NCBI GenBank assembly: GCA_963740085.1
Contig: CAVUCU010000005.1
Location: 416,001 to 480,000 of the forward strand
Direction of reading: 5' to 3'
Length of the DNA stretch: 64,000 nt
Origin: Nitrospirota bacterium
GTDB lineage: Bacteria > Nitrospirota > UBA9217
The translations under genes were made by a program, and so were the position numbers. Positions 47,554-58,097 of the stretch are shown one piece after another (the first letter of the stretch is position 1; every line of letters begins with the position of its first letter). Below the pieces are notes generated by a model that did not search any database, was not told where the DNA came from, and was given only the letters and a program-made list of their open reading frames with translations.

Positions 47554-49377
47554 ATGAGCCCTCGCATACGGACTGATATTTCCCCGGTTCACAATACACT
47601 CCGCACAGTCTTCGGTTTTGAGTCCTTCCGTCCGAATCAGGAGACGCTCATCAGCAACATCCTGGATCGACGAGACGTCTTCGCAGTCATGCCGACGGGC
47701 GGCGGAAAGTCCCTGTGCTATCAGCTCCCCGCGCTCTTGCTGGAGGGAACCGCGGTCGTTATCAGCCCCCTCATCTCTCTCATGAAGGACCAGGTGGATG
47801 CGGCGCGGGAAAATGGAATTGCGGCCGCGTTCATGAACAGCTCGCTTGACCAGCGGGAGATGGCGAATATCGAGCGCATGCTCAAGGCCGGTCAGGTCAA
47901 GCTCCTCTACATCGCGCCGGAACGCTTCGCCATGCCGCGGTTCATCGAGACGCTCAAGGGCATCCCTCTCTCGCTCTTCGCCATCGACGAGGCACACTGC
48001 ATCTCCGAGTGGGGCCACGATTTCCGGCCCGACTACCTCGCCCTTTCCGCTGTTCCGGAAATCTTTCCCAACGTCCCCGTTGCCGCCTTCACTGCCACGG
48101 CGACCCCGAAGGTCCAGCAGGACATAATTCACAAGATCGGGCTCAGGACACCCTATACCGTTCGCGCATCGTTCAACCGGCCCAACCTCTTTTACCAGGT
48201 CAAGCCCAAGGTCAGGATTGAACAACAGCTTTTGGACTTTTTGAGAAGCCACGCTGGTGAATCGGGGATCATCTACCGGACGACCCGGGACTCGGTCGAG
48301 GCAACAGCGGATTTCCTTGCCTCCCACGGCATTAAGGCGCTCCCCTACCATGCCGGCCTGTCCGCCGAAGAACGCGAGAAGAACCAGGAGGCGTTCAACA
48401 GGGATGAGGTCCCGGTGATCGTGGCGACCGTTGCCTTCGGCATGGGCATCGACAAGTCGAATGTCCGGTTCGTGGTCCATGCTGATCTCCCGAGACATAT
48501 CGAGGCCTATTACCAGGAAACGGGCCGCGCCGGGCGCGATAATGAACCGGCTCATTGCCTGCTCTATTTCAGCCGGGGCGACATCCCGAAGATACGATAT
48601 TTCATCGACAAGATTCAAGACGAAACGGAACGCGTGATCGCCGTGGAGAAGTTGAACCAGACGGTGCGGTTCGCCTCGCATAATGTATGCAGGAGAAAAC
48701 AGCTCCTCTCTTTTTTCGGCGAGATGTATGCTGCGGATAATTGCGGAACCTGCGACATCTGCACCGGCTCGGTGAGCCGGACCGATATCTCAACCGATGC
48801 CCGGATACTTATGTCTGCCATGGCGAGGGTGAACGAGCGGTTCGGTATCGTCCACATCATCGACATCGTTATTGGCGCGGACACCAGGCGCATCAGGGAA
48901 CTCCGGCATCACGAGCTTAAGACCTTCGGCGCAGGAAGGCTTCAGGACAAAAACCACTGGCGCAACATTGTGAACGAACTCCTTGCCCAGGAATTGATCA
49001 GACAGGACGGGGATCGTTACCCGGTCTTAAAGATCACGCCCAGGGGCTTGGAAGTACTCGCTGGAAAACAAGAGGTGTTCGGTCTCAAGCGGGAAGAGGC
49101 GAAAACAAAGGAGCGCCGCAGGAAAACAGATGAAGGCGGCTGGTATGACGAGACCCTCTTTGATCGGCTGCGCGTGATCAGAAAAAAGATTGCCGGAGGG
49201 AACCAGGTGCCTCCCTACGTTATATTTTCGGACAAGACACTCCATGAGATGTGCAGGCAGTTCCCGAAGACTTCTTCTGAGATGCGGAGAATATCCGGCG
49301 TGGGAGAGGTGAAGCTTCAGCGGTATGGAGAGGACTTCCTGGAAGAAATACGGAGCTATGGCGGTAACGGCAGATGA
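47554..49377 (+). CDS. recQ: ATP-dependent DNA helicase RecQ
   Basis: MPTGGGKSLCYQ, DEAHCISEWGHDFRP and QETGRAGRD motifs; Zn, RQC and HRDC domains. Confidence 0.97.
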   Translation: MSPRIRTDISPVHNTLRTVFGFESFRPNQETLISNILDRRDVFAVMPTGGGKSLCYQLPALLLEGTAVVISPLISLMKDQVDAARENGIAAAFMNSSLDQREMANIERMLKAGQVKLLYIAPERFAMPRFIETLKGIPLSLFAIDEAHCISEWGHDFRPDYLALSAVPEIFPNVPVAAFTATATPKVQQDIIHKIGLRTPYTVRASFNRPNLFYQVKPKVRIEQQLLDFLRSHAGESGIIYRTTRDSVEATADFLASHGIKALPYHAGLSAEEREKNQEAFNRDEVPVIVATVAFGMGIDKSNVRFVVHADLPRHIEAYYQETGRAGRDNEPAHCLLYFSRGDIPKIRYFIDKIQDETERVIAVEKLNQTVRFASHNVCRRKQLLSFFGEMYAADNCGTCDICTGSVSRTDISTDARILMSAMARVNERFGIVHIIDIVIGADTRRIRELRHHELKTFGAGRLQDKNHWRNIVNELLAQELIRQDGDRYPVLKITPRGLEVLAGKQEVFGLKREEAKTKERRRKTDEGGWYDETLFDRLRVIRKKIAGGNQVPPYVIFSDKTLHEMCRQFPKTSSEMRRISGVGEVKLQRYGEDFLEEIRSYGGNGR

Positions 49378-50237
49378 CCTCCATCCTGCAATGTCCGGTC
49401 TGCCGAAATCTCCTGCTTCTCTCCGCAGACGGCTACCAATGCCCCAAAAACCACACTTTTGATGCCGCCCGCCAGGGGTATGTCAATTTTCTGCTTGCGC
49501 ACAAGAAACATTCAAAAGAGCCCGGAGACAGCCCGGAAATGATCCGGAGCCGTCGGAGGTTTCTGGACCTGGGGCATTACCACAGGGTATCCGATGGCAT
49601 CAATGAAGCGGTGGCCGGCAATCTCCATGGCTCCGAACGCGAAGGCGCATTCAGCATTCTTGACGCCGGCTGCGGGGAGGGCTTTTATCTCAAACGCCTC
49701 AAGGAGTCCCTGGCGCACGGCCCCGGGAAGCCGGTCCCCGTCGACTACTACGGAGTCGACATTTCAAAATATGCGGTACGCATGGCCACTCAACGCGATA
49801 AGACAATGGACTGGTTTGTTGCCAGCATCATTGATCTGCCGTTTGCGTCCGCATCACTTGATTGCGTTCTGAACGTCTTTTCGCCTGCGGACGTGGCCGA
49901 GTTCTCAAGGATTCTCAAGCAAACCGGCAAGCTCGTGATCGTAAGCCCCGGTCCCAGACACCTCAACGGGCTGAGAGAGATCATTTATCCAATTGCCAGA
50001 GAACATGCACAATCGACAATGACCGAACAGGCGAGGGGACTTTTCTCTCCGGTCACAGAAACGAGGATCAATTATCAGATCGAGCTGAAGAGCTCCGGGG
50101 AAATCATGGATCTGCTGGCAATGACCCCCTATTTCTGGAACATCGACCTGAGCACCAAGTCCAGAGTGGAGGCGCTTGCCCGGCTGACGTTAGATGTTGA
50201 TGTGGAGGTGCGGGTGTTCGGGAAAACAGTGAAATAA
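49374..50237 (+). CDS. rlmA: 23S rRNA m1G745 methyltransferase RlmA-like
   Basis: CPVC..CPKNHTFDAARQGYVN, PGDS.EM, LDAGCGEGFY and LLAMTPY motifs. Confidence 0.9.
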   Translation: MTSILQCPVCRNLLLLSADGYQCPKNHTFDAARQGYVNFLLAHKKHSKEPGDSPEMIRSRRRFLDLGHYHRVSDGINEAVAGNLHGSEREGAFSILDAGCGEGFYLKRLKESLAHGPGKPVPVDYYGVDISKYAVRMATQRDKTMDWFVASIIDLPFASASLDCVLNVFSPADVAEFSRILKQTGKLVIVSPGPRHLNGLREIIYPIAREHAQSTMTEQARGLFSPVTETRINYQIELKSSGEIMDLLAMTPYFWNIDLSTKSRVEALARLTLDVDVEVRVFGKTVK

Positions 50238-50337
50238 AATGGCGCGGACCTGCTGTTTTCTTCTGTCCTCGTTGACAGCGCCGAGAGGATCGTCAAGAGC
50301 AGGAAAAAATCCGCCTCACCGGTATTCCTGAAATACT

Positions 50338-50368
50338 CCAGGTCCGCTCGTTTCAGGAGCGGGCCTGG
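50338..50368. terminator. Strong hairpin between convergent rlmA and HU genes
   Basis: CCAGGTCCGCTC-N7-GAGCGGGCCTGG. Confidence 0.55.
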
Positions 50369-50390
50369 TTATGTGAGGGGTTGATGGCTG

Positions 50391-50672
50391 TTAACCGAGG
50401 ATGGCATCTTTGGCGGCTTTTGCAACCCGGAACTTGACGACCTTCTTTGCCTTTATCTTGATGGTTTCACCGGTTGCCGGGTTTCTGCCCATGCGTGCTT
50501 TGCGCTGGACAAGCACGAGCTTGCCGAGCCCGGGCAGGGTGAAGGTGTTCTTTGCTTCTTTATAGGCCACCTGTGCGATGAAATCCAATATCTCTCCGGC
50601 TGCTTTCTTGGTCAGTGATGCCTTTTCTGCGAGCTTCGATACCAACTGTGACTTCGTCATTGCCTTTGCCAT
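50391..50672 (-). CDS. hup: HU family DNA-binding protein
   Basis: RKARMGRNPATGETIKIKAKKVVKF; upstream TTGTCA-N17-TATAGT (50715-50743). Confidence 0.95.
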   Translation of the reverse strand: MAKAMTKSQLVSKLAEKASLTKKAAGEILDFIAQVAYKEAKNTFTLPGLGKLVLVQRKARMGRNPATGETIKIKAKKVVKFRVAKAAKDAILG

Positions 50673-50821
50673 GTCTTTCCCTCCTGTATAATAGAATAGT
50701 GCTGCATTGGTGAAACTATAGCCTATTAAGGGCGAATTGACAAGAGCTGTTTTTTTTTAATAGCGCGAACGGCGACCAAGCGACCGCGTGGCTTCGGCCT
50801 ATGGTTGGAGTTTGCATCATG

Positions 50822-53026
50822 CTACAGCTCGTCCAGATCATTCATAGTCCCGTCCATATTCTTGCGCACCAGCACCTCGCGCGGTTTGGACCCGTCAGCA
50901 GCCCCGACAATTCCATCCTCCTGCATCATTTCGATCATGCGCGCGGCCCGGTTGTAACCCACGCGGAGCCTGCGCTGGATAAAGGAGGTGGAGGCCTGGC
51001 CGTTCAACTGGACCAGCTCCACGGCCCGCTGATAGAGTTCGTCCCGCTCACTTTCCTCGACCTCCGCGACCTGCGCCTCTACGATCTCTTTTGCCCGTTG
51101 CTGAAGCAACTCGTAGTTCGGCTTGCCCTGCTTCTTGACGAACTCCACCACACGCTTAATCTCCGCCTCGGATACGAAGCAGCCATGGGCCCGGATGATG
51201 TGGGACGAACCGGGCGGCTGGAAGAGCATGTCGCCCATGCCGAGCAGGTTCTCGGCGCCGTTTGCGTCGAGGATGGTGCGAGAGTCGGTTTTGGATGAAA
51301 CCTGAAAGGATATCCTTGCCGGCAGGTTCGCCTTGATAAGTCCGGTGATCACGTCCACGCTCGGCCGCTGGGTCGCCACGATCAGGTGGATGCCCGCGGC
51401 CCGCGCCATCTGTGCGAGGCGCATGACGGAATCCTCGACCTCGCGTGCCACCGTCATCATGAGGTCTGCCAGCTCATCGATGATCACGACAATGTAGGGG
51501 AGACGCTCTGCCTCGGGGACGGCCTTGTTATAAGAATCGATATTCTTATTCCCCTTCTCGGAGAGTGTTCGGTACCGCCGGTCCATCTCGGCCACGATGG
51601 CCCGGAGCGTTTCAGCTGCTTTCTTGGACTGGGTGACGACCGGCGAAAGCAGGTGAGGGATCCCTTCGTACACCGAGAGCTCGAGCATCTTGGGGTCGAT
51701 AAGGGCGAGTTTGACCTCGCTCGGCCGTGCATTGTACAGGATCGCCAGAATGATCGAGTTGATCGCAACGCTTTTACCCGAGCCGGTTGCGCCTGCCACG
51801 AGCATGTGCGGCATTTTGTCGATGCTGCCGATCACCGACGCGCCGAAGATGTCCTTGCCCAGGGGGATCTTGAGCTTCGATTTGTTCGACTGGTACTCCG
51901 GGGTCTCGAGGATCTGGCGGAAGTAGACCGTCTCTCGCGTGTTGTTCGGCACTTCGATGCCGACCGCCGCCTTGCCCGGAAGGGGCGCAACGATGCGCAC
52001 GCTCCCGGCCTTCATGGCGAGCGCCAGGTCGTCCGACAGGTTCACGATCCTGCTGACCTTCACGCCCGGAGCCGGCTCAAACTCGAACATGGTTACTACG
52101 GGACCGGGATAGACCTGCGTGATGCGTCCCTGGATGTCGAAATCCTGAAGCTTATGCTGCAGCAGCTCGGACTGGGCGAGCATGTCTTCTTTCGAGACCT
52201 TCTTCGCGATCGCAGGGACGGGATCGAGCAGGTCCGGCGACGGGAGCTGGTACGTGTCCCTGCCCTCTTTGCTTCCCATGAATTCAAAGCTTGCCTGAAC
52301 GGCCTTGGGCGGCTTGTCCGATTTTACGACGCGTGGCGGGGACTGCGGCTCGGCCTGCTTCTGGATGTCCATGATCTTCGGCGGTTCCTTGGGCGTCGCC
52401 GGCCGCTTTTTTGCCTCACGCGCCTTTTCTTTGCGGCCGCGGTACACGGTTATCAGAATATCGAGCTGCTCCATCATCCGTCCGTTCAGGGCGCGCAGCC
52501 ATGCGAGCGCCTTGAGCGGAGAAAAGGGCGTGAGCAGCATGAGGGCGCTGATCATGGCTGTAAGCGTAATGATATAGGCGCCGATGCCGGAAAATCCGGA
52601 AACAAGTAAGCGCGCGATGAAACCGCCAAGCATACCCCCTGAGGGTACAGTCTCCCCGAACAGCCGTGTCGTTTCGCTTCCGAGTCCAAAGAATGCCCCT
52701 GCGGAGACAAAGAATATGATGCCGCCGATTTTCTTGAGAAGCGGGTGCGTCGCTTCCCCTCCGATAGTGAAGTACACGGCATACCCGAACATGAGAAGCG
52801 GGATCACATACGCGGAGAGGCCGAAAAGATGGAGCAGCGCGTCGGAGAGATAGGAACCGATGATCCCGATGGTGTTCCTGGTCCCCGCGCCCGTGCCGGA
52901 GACGCTGAAGCAGGGGTCGCTCGCGTTGTACGAGATCAGGCTGAGCGTGATCAGCAGGCCGATGGCGAAGAGCAGCAAACCGATCATCTCGTTCCAATGC
53001 TTATGCTTCGCTGCAGTGACGACCAT
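50822..53026 (-). CDS. ftsK: DNA translocase FtsK
   Basis: N-terminal TM helices; AGATGSGKS, IDELADLMM, LAQMARAAGIH and gamma domain QRRLRVGYNRAAR. Confidence 0.97.
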   Translation of the reverse strand: MVVTAAKHKHWNEMIGLLLFAIGLLITLSLISYNASDPCFSVSGTGAGTRNTIGIIGSYLSDALLHLFGLSAYVIPLLMFGYAVYFTIGGEATHPLLKKIGGIIFFVSAGAFFGLGSETTRLFGETVPSGGMLGGFIARLLVSGFSGIGAYIITLTAMISALMLLTPFSPLKALAWLRALNGRMMEQLDILITVYRGRKEKAREAKKRPATPKEPPKIMDIQKQAEPQSPPRVVKSDKPPKAVQASFEFMGSKEGRDTYQLPSPDLLDPVPAIAKKVSKEDMLAQSELLQHKLQDFDIQGRITQVYPGPVVTMFEFEPAPGVKVSRIVNLSDDLALAMKAGSVRIVAPLPGKAAVGIEVPNNTRETVYFRQILETPEYQSNKSKLKIPLGKDIFGASVIGSIDKMPHMLVAGATGSGKSVAINSIILAILYNARPSEVKLALIDPKMLELSVYEGIPHLLSPVVTQSKKAAETLRAIVAEMDRRYRTLSEKGNKNIDSYNKAVPEAERLPYIVVIIDELADLMMTVAREVEDSVMRLAQMARAAGIHLIVATQRPSVDVITGLIKANLPARISFQVSSKTDSRTILDANGAENLLGMGDMLFQPPGSSHIIRAHGCFVSEAEIKRVVEFVKKQGKPNYELLQQRAKEIVEAQVAEVEESERDELYQRAVELVQLNGQASTSFIQRRLRVGYNRAARMIEMMQEDGIVGAADGSKPREVLVRKNMDGTMNDLDEL

Positions 53027-53104
53027 AGACTCCTTTGTGTATGATTGATCAACTATTTGTTGGTGTTCAGATCGCCTAAACGGACCAACCTGATTTTAAT
53101 CGCC

Positions 53105-53911
53105 TTACCGCGCCAGCCACAGCGCCACGATTACCGCAGCCAATGCCAGCCGATACCATACAAAGAGATTCAGTGAATGCCGGTTCAGATACTGGAGCAG
53201 GAATTTTATGCACAGATAACCGACGATCGCCGAGAACAGCGTCCCCAGCGCGAAGGGCAGCGCTTCGCCTGCAGCAAGGCGAAGCTTGTGAAGTTTCAGA
53301 ATAGCCGCTCCTGCAATGACCGGTGTCGACAGGAGAAAGGAGAACCGTGCCGCATCTTCCCGCCTGTAGCCGCTCAAAAGCCCGGCAGAGATCGTGATAC
53401 CCGAGCGCGACACACCCGGGACCAGGGCAAGGGCCTGGGCGAATCCGATGAAGATTGCATGGCCAAGCGACATGTGCCCGAGACCCGCGGTCTTTGCAGA
53501 ATATCGGTCCGCTGCCCACATCACGAAACCGATAACCGCAAGCGCCCCGGCGATCAGGAGAGGGTTCCGAAAGCTCTCTTCCACCATGTGTTCGTATTTA
53601 AGGCCCAGGATGCCCGCAGGGATCGTCGCCAGTGCAATGAACCACACAAGCCTGCCTTCGTTGGTTTTCCACGTGCCGTCCTTGATGCCGGTGAAGAATT
53701 TCCCGAACAGATCAAACCAGTCCCGCCAGAAGAACGCCAGGATCGCGACCAGCGTCCCGGCGTGCAACGCCACGTCGAAATTCAGGCTGTCGATCAACGT
53801 GCCTTGCCAACCGAACATCCAGGGGAGCAGGATCAGGTGGGCCGAGGAGCTGATCGGGAGAAACTCAGTGATCCCCTGGACAATGCCGAGAATGATCGCT
53901 TCAAAAATCAC
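53105..53911 (-). CDS. uppP: Undecaprenyl-diphosphate phosphatase
   Basis: QGITEFLPISSSAHL, PGVSRSG and AARFSFLL motifs. Confidence 0.97.
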   Translation of the reverse strand: MIFEAIILGIVQGITEFLPISSSAHLILLPWMFGWQGTLIDSLNFDVALHAGTLVAILAFFWRDWFDLFGKFFTGIKDGTWKTNEGRLVWFIALATIPAGILGLKYEHMVEESFRNPLLIAGALAVIGFVMWAADRYSAKTAGLGHMSLGHAIFIGFAQALALVPGVSRSGITISAGLLSGYRREDAARFSFLLSTPVIAGAAILKLHKLRLAAGEALPFALGTLFSAIVGYLCIKFLLQYLNRHSLNLFVWYRLALAAVIVALWLAR

Positions 53912-54426
53912 TTTTCACCTCTTCAACTGAATGATATGGCTTCTTACTATAATCAATGCCGCATCATCTCGGTCCTTGCTGCTCAAGACGATGCCATTAT
54001 TTCACAAAGCCGTCAGGATTTCAAGATGTTTTGATTTTGCGAAAAAAAGAGAGCATGCGGGCCGACAGCACCTTCTCCCCTGTGGCTCACGTCGGAGGGT
54101 GCTTCAACTCATCTTTTCGATCGAACGGCTCGACTGAGCTTGTCGAATGCTTACTGCGAAGCACGACCCTTCCTTCTCGGGATGCAATTAAACGGGGAAC
54201 CCTGAGCAATTTTACGGCACCGCTTCTCCCTTTCCTAAAAATGATTGATCTATCCGAGTTCCTCGTTCTTCACGCATCAAGCGTCACTTCGACACATAAT
54301 ATTGTTTTATGCTTTGCTTATTGGTCGGAATAAACATAAATTAAGAACTTCGCATAATACTAAAGCTTTAATTAATGTGTCCAGATCCTTTTTTAAAAAA
54401 AAACTTCGATAGAATTCATTTATCCC

Positions 54427-54455
54427 TTTACAATAAAAGTTACTTAGACTAAAAT
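54427..54455 (+). promoter_or_regulatory. Putative sigma70 promoter of the methyltransferase gene
   Basis: TTTACA-N17-TAAAAT in an AT-rich spacer, ~290 nt upstream of the ATG. Confidence 0.5.
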
Positions 54456-54748
54456 TATCACAAATAAATTGGTTTCATTTTTGGTTTTTCTCATCTCGCA
54501 TCCCGCCGAATTTGCTGTCTCGCATTTGAAAGGTGGTGATCTGTATACCCGTCAAACTTCTTCAGAAGTGCCGTTGTGCAAATCAGAATCGCTACATGCG
54601 CTCACAACTTTGCACTTTACTCTTGTACATGCCTTATTCGTGATCAAAATCGTCATGTATGTTCATCTGGACACACGGCTGACCAATTTTCTCAACCCCG
54701 CTAGTCTCATTAAAGAAATAATACTGAAATTTAAAAAAGGAGAATATC

Positions 54749-55801
54749 ATGCAAGACTCATTAATGTACCAGGGTGAGGCAATTAAGAAGCATGCTGGAC
54801 TAATTCAGGAAAGACCGAGGACGTACGTCGAAGCGCTTGACGCCAAGATCGAGCGCTATATGGCAAGTCTCAGAGATTTTGAAGTGCGGTGTTCAATGCC
54901 GGACGCGAACAAGGAAACGCTTCTCGATGAAATAGCCGTACTGACCGACTCGATGCTTCAGGCTTGTGCGCAGTTTGAACAAGACGTGAACGATCCACTG
55001 CCCGTCAAGCAAGCTCAGGTCTACTTCCGCGAAAAAACACATCCTATTCTGTCCAAAAGCTATTTCGTCAATCGCGCCAGAACTTGGCCGCAGGGTCATC
55101 AGGGTGATTTCATGATGTTGGAACAGATTTACAAAAACTTTCCGATGTCGGAAGGCGTTGGATCGTATCTGGACAAATATGTACTTTCCACTCCTCTCAG
55201 CATTGGCGTGCAGGAACGAATAGTAAAGATGCGAGACTTGTTAAAAGAAGAACTGATCAACCGAAGCAATCTGAAAGTACTGGATGTTGCCTCCGGTTCC
55301 TGCCGGGAGGTTTTCGAATTGGCGCCGGAGATCAAGGCATCGGGAGCCAAATTCACTTGTGTTGATCTGGATTCTGCTGCGCTGGATTTCGCCCTTGATC
55401 GTTTTGCTTATGCCGGGCTCACTGAAAAGCATACAGAATTGGTCCAATACAATGCTCTCAGAATGTTCGACCTTGAGACGGCGAAGACGGAATTCGGTAT
55501 GCAAGACATTATCTACAGCATCGGATTTTTCGACTATCTCCCCGATGATTTCCTCGTGAAGTTACTGAGCTCTTTCTATCTGATGCTGAATCCCGGAGGA
55601 AAACTGATTGCATCCTTTAAAGACGCAGAACGTTATCCTTCGCAACATTGCCACTGGTTTGTTGATTGGGATGGGTTCCTGCAGCGCACCGAGAAAGACT
55701 TCTTGAAAGTGTTCCAGGACGCCAATATCCCAGACAGCGCAATTTCAATGTCCCGGGTCGATTCAGGATCCATAGTTTTCTATTCGATCACGAAGCGGTA
55801 A
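54749..55801 (+). CDS. Class I SAM-dependent methyltransferase, PhcB-like (3-hydroxy fatty acid methyl ester signal synthase family)
   Basis: VLDVASGSCRE, CVDLD..AL and DIIYSIGFFDYL..LNPGG motifs. S.FVNRARTWPQGHQGDFMMLEQIY recalls the KPxGYxGD segment of PhcB-type enzymes. SD GGAG. Confidence 0.75.
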   Translation: MQDSLMYQGEAIKKHAGLIQERPRTYVEALDAKIERYMASLRDFEVRCSMPDANKETLLDEIAVLTDSMLQACAQFEQDVNDPLPVKQAQVYFREKTHPILSKSYFVNRARTWPQGHQGDFMMLEQIYKNFPMSEGVGSYLDKYVLSTPLSIGVQERIVKMRDLLKEELINRSNLKVLDVASGSCREVFELAPEIKASGAKFTCVDLDSAALDFALDRFAYAGLTEKHTELVQYNALRMFDLETAKTEFGMQDIIYSIGFFDYLPDDFLVKLLSSFYLMLNPGGKLIASFKDAERYPSQHCHWFVDWDGFLQRTEKDFLKVFQDANIPDSAISMSRVDSGSIVFYSITKR

Positions 55802-55917
55802 TAAATACCGTACGGAACATATCCATAATAATACATTTATCTTAATGGGATGATTACTGAAGGGAGTCGGGAAAAAACAGTAAAGGGTTTCTTCTTTCTT
55901 CTCTCAGGGGTTTAGCC

Positions 55918-55946
55918 TTGTAAAGGAATCGGGAAAGTGCTATAAA
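55918..55946 (+). promoter_or_regulatory. sigma70 promoter of the fab-like operon
   Basis: TTGTAA-N17-TATAAA with extended -10 TGn. Confidence 0.55.
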
Positions 55947-56027
55947 TAGACTTCCGAATAAGGATATAACGGTTGTGCCCTTCAAGGCTGAAGACAACAA
56001 AACGGTCCCCTCAAGCGGGAGAAGAGC

Positions 56028-56780
56028 CTGAATAAGAATTCACTTTCCAATAAGATCGCGATTGTAACGGGAGGAACAAGGGGAATCGGCCGCGCCATCG
56101 TGCTCGCTGTTTGTCAAGAAGGTGCGGATTGCGCGTTCACGTATTCCAGCAATCGCGATGCAGCAGAATCACTTTCCGATGAAGTGCAACGTTTTGGCAG
56201 AAGAGCGTTGCCCGTTCAACTTGACGTGAGGGATTTTGAAGGAGCTAAAACGCTCGTCGATACAGTAAAAGCGGAATTCGGGCAACTCGATATTCTTGTT
56301 AACAATGCAGGAATTACAAGGGACAGGTCTCTCATGATGATGGGTCAGGAGGACTGGTCCGATGTCATAGATACAAACCTTACCGGTGTTTTCAATACTA
56401 CCCGCGCGTGCATCATCTCGTTTCTGAAGCAAAAAAGTGGGAACATCGTAAGTATTTCGTCAGTAAGCGGAATTCACCCTCTCGCTGGCCAGGTCAATTA
56501 CGCAGCGGCAAAGGCCGGTGTGATCGGTTTTACCAAATCGCTGGCCAAGGAAGTAGCGCCCTATAATATCAGGGTAAATGCGGTTGCTCCGGGGTTCATC
56601 AGTACCGAGATGACCGCGGAACTCAGCGAAAAAGCCAGAGATAAATTTTTAAAGATGATACCTCTCCAGAGATTCGGCACCCCCGATGAAGTGGCGAAGG
56701 TCGTACTATTTTTGCTCAGTGACGTTTCGCAATACATCACGGGACAGACAATACAGCTTGATGGCGGCTTGGGGATATAG
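56028..56780 (+). CDS. fabG: 3-oxoacyl-ACP reductase
   Basis: KIAIVTGGTRGIG lies upstream of the listed ORF start; NNAGITRD, YAAAK and NAVAPGFI motifs. Only CTG 56028 fits as a start. Confidence 0.92.
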   Translation: MNKNSLSNKIAIVTGGTRGIGRAIVLAVCQEGADCAFTYSSNRDAAESLSDEVQRFGRRALPVQLDVRDFEGAKTLVDTVKAEFGQLDILVNNAGITRDRSLMMMGQEDWSDVIDTNLTGVFNTTRACIISFLKQKSGNIVSISSVSGIHPLAGQVNYAAAKAGVIGFTKSLAKEVAPYNIRVNAVAPGFISTEMTAELSEKARDKFLKMIPLQRFGTPDEVAKVVLFLLSDVSQYITGQTIQLDGGLGI

Positions 56781-56788
56781 ATCACGCT

Positions 56789-58027
56789 ATGAGAGAAGGA
56801 ATTGTAATTACGGGCATCGGTGTTCTCTCACCTATCGGCATTGGCAGAGAGGCATACTGGGAAGGATTATTTGAGGGGAAAACGGGGTTTCGACCGGTAA
56901 CCCTTTTTGATACGTCTCCGTTTCATGTCCATGTTGCGGGAGAGATCGCGGATTTTGATGCCCTTTCGTTCCTAGGCAAAAAAGGGCTTCGGGATCTTGA
57001 CAGAAGCACAAGGCTGATCTGTTCGGCAGCTAAACTCGCTATCGAAGACTGCAAGATTGAGATAACCGAGGATAATACCCACTCGATGGGGGTCTCCATC
57101 GGCACGACATTCGGGAGTCTCCATAGCATTTCACAATTTGACCGATCAGGCCTCATTGATGGACCGAAGTTCGTCAATCCCTCGCACTTTCCGAATACGG
57201 TCATCAATTCGCCGGCTAGCCAAGTATCAATAAAATTCAAGATCAAAGGCTTCAACACTACTATATCTACAGGCTTCTGCGCCAGTCTCGATGCTGTCTC
57301 CTATGCCGCTGATTTCATCCGATTGAACCGGGCAGATATAGTGTTAGCGGGCGGAGTGGAAGAATTATGCGAAGAGACTTTTATGGGTTTTCATAACCTG
57401 GGATGCTTATCCGGGACGGACGGCTCGGAACCCCGTTGCTGCCCCTTTGACGCGCGGAGGAACGGTACTATTCTCTCGGAAGGTGCAGCGGTACTAGTCC
57501 TTGAAGATGAAGAGCACGCATTGAACAGAAATGCTGCGATTCTTGCGCATGTTCTCGGATACGCCAATGCCTTTGATCCCATGGCTGATGGTAACTTTCA
57601 TCATGCAGGTCAGGGATTGAAAAATGCCATCGTGCTTGCATTGCAGGATGCTGCGCTCAACCGCGAGGACATTGACTATGTCTGCGCCTGCGCCAATTCA
57701 TCAAAAGAGCTCGACCGGATGGAAACGAATGTAATCAAGGATGTTTTCGGGACACGCGCACTTTCCATGCCTGTCAGCGCGATAAAATCCATGGTAGGAG
57801 AATCATTTTCCGCGTCGGCGCCCTATCCCTGACCGCAGCGGTGGGAGCGCTCAGGAAGGGCTTTATCCCGGGCACGGTAAATTACCATGAAAAAGACCCG
57901 TGTGCGATCTTGACTATGTCCCCAATATTGCACGACAGGAGCAGATACAGAGCGTGCTCGTAACGTCGGCAGATCCCTTGAAAACACAGCTATTGTGCTG
58001 GGAAGATGGGTAACGTTTAATTCATAA
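56789..58027 (+). CDS. Ketosynthase-fold protein lacking the catalytic triad (chain-length-factor-like); frameshifted near the 3' end
   Basis: IVITGIG, PFDARRNG.ILSEGA; STGFCAS, CACANSS and KSMVGES replace STACAS, NAHGTS and KSMxGH. Homology continues in shifted frames (IPGTVNYHEKDP, CDLDYVPN). Confidence 0.8.
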
Positions 58028-58097
58028 GCGCGATATAAGGCACATATATCTACTCCCTGCTCTTTGCCTCATGCTATATGCAGAAATCCGGTGACCA

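Noticed and set aside
47517-50297. Possible direct repeats (TTGACAacgctg / TTGACAgcgccg) flanking recQ-rlmA as insertion scars
   Set aside because: Too short and degenerate to distinguish from chance or promoter boxes.
53956-54777. Small plus-strand ORFs 53956-54333 and 54469-54777
   Set aside because: No motifs or convincing SD; the region is an AT-rich promoter/leader with hairpin and repeat fragments.
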